Below, piece by piece: positions 63,509-64,000 of a DNA stretch of 64,000 nucleotides (its first letter is position 1; every line of letters starts with the position of its first letter). The notes beneath the pieces are model-generated. The model was not told where the DNA came from, searched no databases, and worked only from the letters and a program-made list of their open reading frames with translations. The stretch lies in sequence record PQ898602.1; one strand, given 5' to 3'. Made by a program: the position numbers and the translations under genes.

Positions 63509-63700
63509 ATGGACTACAAACCCTATTCTCAGGAATGGAATCGTAAAAGATACCTTCGAGAAGCCTTGGAGAGTTACTTCAATGATTACGTCGATACTGA
63601 TGTAATCTACGAAGATATCATGGATATTCTCCATGAGAGGTCCGAACGTGCATACGACGAATTCAGTCGCAGTGACGAGTTATCTAAGAAGTTTCTCTAA
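63509..63700 (+). CDS. hypothetical protein
   Basis: 63 aa ORF after the promoter. Confidence 0.6.
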   Translation: MDYKPYSQEWNRKRYLREALESYFNDYVDTDVIYEDIMDILHERSERAYDEFSRSDELSKKFL

Positions 63701-63727
63701 ATACTTATTGTTCGGTTTTCCGCACAT

Positions 63728-63982
63728 ATGAAGTTAGAGGAAGCATGTTACTCTTTAAAACTTGAATGCGCTCTTAGAGATCTAGGTTTTGTAGATATTG
63801 GTTGGAAATGTGTTGCCCACGCAGGAATCTTCTTCGTGCAACCAGTAGGTATCCCAGATGATCCAGATGGTGATCTTCTGGGATTTTCGTTGTCTATACC
63901 ATATAAGAAGAAAAATGAAAAATATAGATTGTTAGGGACTGCAAAGAAAGCCCTAGACATCGCTCAGGGAATTGATACATAG
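63728..63982 (+). CDS. hypothetical protein
   Basis: 84 aa ORF. Confidence 0.6.
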   Translation: MKLEEACYSLKLECALRDLGFVDIGWKCVAHAGIFFVQPVGIPDDPDGDLLGFSLSIPYKKKNEKYRLLGTAKKALDIAQGIDT

Positions 63983-64000
63983 TGTAGTTGCAAATACTCA

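Overview
A 64-kb segment of a T4-like marine cyanomyovirus (Synechococcus-type host inferred). It has dense, overlapping + strand genes, sigma70-like early promoters and T4-type late promoters (TATAAATA/CTAAATA), 7 tRNAs and several structured RNA candidates. It carries many auxiliary metabolic genes: talC, zwf, gnd, pstS, 2x hli, petF, peroxiredoxin, psbA, psbD, speD, an MPI-type cupin and a flavin halogenase. There are two large glycan/modification islands (about 10.6-23.2 kb, and 29.6-36.9 plus 49.4-56.1 kb) with many glycosyltransferases, epimerases, methyltransferases, a carbamoyltransferase, NadE, KdsA/KdsB, two amidinotransferases, a mini DegT aminotransferase and a radical SAM enzyme, and about 11 2OG-Fe(II) oxygenase genes are scattered across the window. 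Main highlights: (1) an intact phage-embedded glycogen phosphorylase that, with zwf/gnd/talC, petF and unannotated NdhP and NdhQ-like microproteins, suggests a glycogen-to-OPP-to-NDH-1L module; (2) a four-member uncharacterised ParB/Srx-like paralogue family around a Kdo/amidinotransferase cassette; (3) kdsA as the only credible minus-strand gene, convergently overlapping kdsB; (4) repeated RNA-hairpin plus late-promoter modules separating gene cassettes; (5) a pseudoknotted leader RNA before tRNA-Pro. All functional calls come from motif recognition by eye; no searches were run.
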